Positions 15,492 to 16,022 of a stretch of 16,022 nt of DNA are shown piece after piece. The translations under genes and the position numbers were made by a program. Origin of the DNA: Spirochaetia bacterium. Its GTDB lineage: Bacteria; Spirochaetota; Spirochaetia; SP-2023. Position 1 is the stretch's first letter. Every line of letters begins with the position of its first letter. Under the pieces are notes generated by a model. It ran no database searches and was not told the DNA's origin. It saw only the letters and a program-made list of their open reading frames with translations. Where the stretch lies: assembly GCA_965225855.1 (NCBI GenBank), contig CBDDCK010000002.1:1-16022 (forward strand). Direction: 5' to 3'.

Positions 15492-16022
15492 ATGGCTGAT
15501 AATCATCAAGTTACCTTTGCTGAAATAAAGGAAATCTTAAATAGAAGCGCAATTAGGCAAGAACAGCTACAAAAAGCCCAAGCGATTGCACAAGAACAAT
15601 CCGAGAGAGAAATCAAACAGCTAAGAGCTTCGCAAGCCCAAGCCCAAGCAGAGTGGCAGCAACGCCAACAGGAGTGGCAGCAACGGCACGAAAAGAGGAA
15701 AGCCGAATGGGAGCAAGAGCGCAAAGCTTCGCACCAAGAGTGGGAACAACGACTGAAGAAGATTGGCAAGATGGTTGGCAGCATAGGCGACAATATTGGC
15801 GATTGTACTGAAGAATGGTTTTACCGCAGCTTCGAGATCAAGCCCGTTCTGGGCGGTATAAATTATGATGTAGTGCACCGCAAGATTGAAGACGATAGCC
15901 AGAAGACAGAATATGATATAATGCTGCATAATGGTTATGCTTCGGCCATTATTGAAGTTAAGTATAAGGCACACCATAAAGATGTCCAGCGGATTGTAGA
16001 AACTAAGACGAGGGCCTTCCGT
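15492..16022 (+). CDS. Coiled-coil + PD-(D/E)XK nuclease-fold protein (DUF3782-like), truncated by the window edge; absent from the ORF track
   Basis: Manual translation, 177 codons with no stop: MADNHQVTFAEIKEILNRSAIRQEQ...AEWQQRQQEWQQRHEKRKAEWEQERKASHQEWEQRLKKIGKMVGSIGDNIGDCTEEWFYRSF...TEYDIMLHNGYASAIIEVKYKAHHKDVQRIVETKTRAFR. Motifs parallel those of 507-1055; strong promoter and RBS. Confidence 0.88.
   Translation, partial: MADNHQVTFAEIKEILNRSAIRQEQLQKAQAIAQEQSEREIKQLRASQAQAQAEWQQRQQEWQQRHEKRKAEWEQERKASHQEWEQRLKKIGKMVGSIGDNIGDCTEEWFYRSFEIKPVLGGINYDVVHRKIEDDSQKTEYDIMLHNGYASAIIEVKYKAHHKDVQRIVETKTRAFR

Noticed and set aside
15506..15977. Minus-strand ORFs 15506-15793 and 15621-15977
   Set aside because: Antisense to the + strand gene starting at 15492, which has a promoter, an RBS and family motifs.

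Overview
Bacterial chromosomal window, probably from a spirochete (inferred from spirochete-type lipoboxes and gene content; not proven). The centre (3853-12452) is an ordinary minus-strand housekeeping run: accA - HIT/Hint - lon - uvrA - pgsA - CinA/PncC. It is bracketed by a long, diverged inverted repeat (1279-3570 vs 12700-15403). Each arm holds a shared leader, a modular repeat-domain lipoprotein gene, a terminator-like hairpin, a 40-52 bp loop-less perfect palindrome and a 23-bp tandem array. Each arm is followed by a co-oriented coiled-coil + PD-(D/E)XK (DUF3782-like) gene; the right one (15492->end) is missing from the ORF track. The 3' end of a third lipoprotein paralog lies at 1-306. 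The most notable signals are: (i) the inverted-repeat architecture, which could invert the 9-kb core and swap regulatory or coding segments; (ii) patchwork (recombinant) variation among six copies of a ~120-aa repeat domain; (iii) four short arrays with exactly 23-bp periodicity but three different unit sequences; (iv) the conserved perfect palindrome; (v) a probably leaderless accA. No recombinase, transposase, reverse transcriptase, CRISPR array, tRNA or rRNA is visible. All alignments were done by eye.
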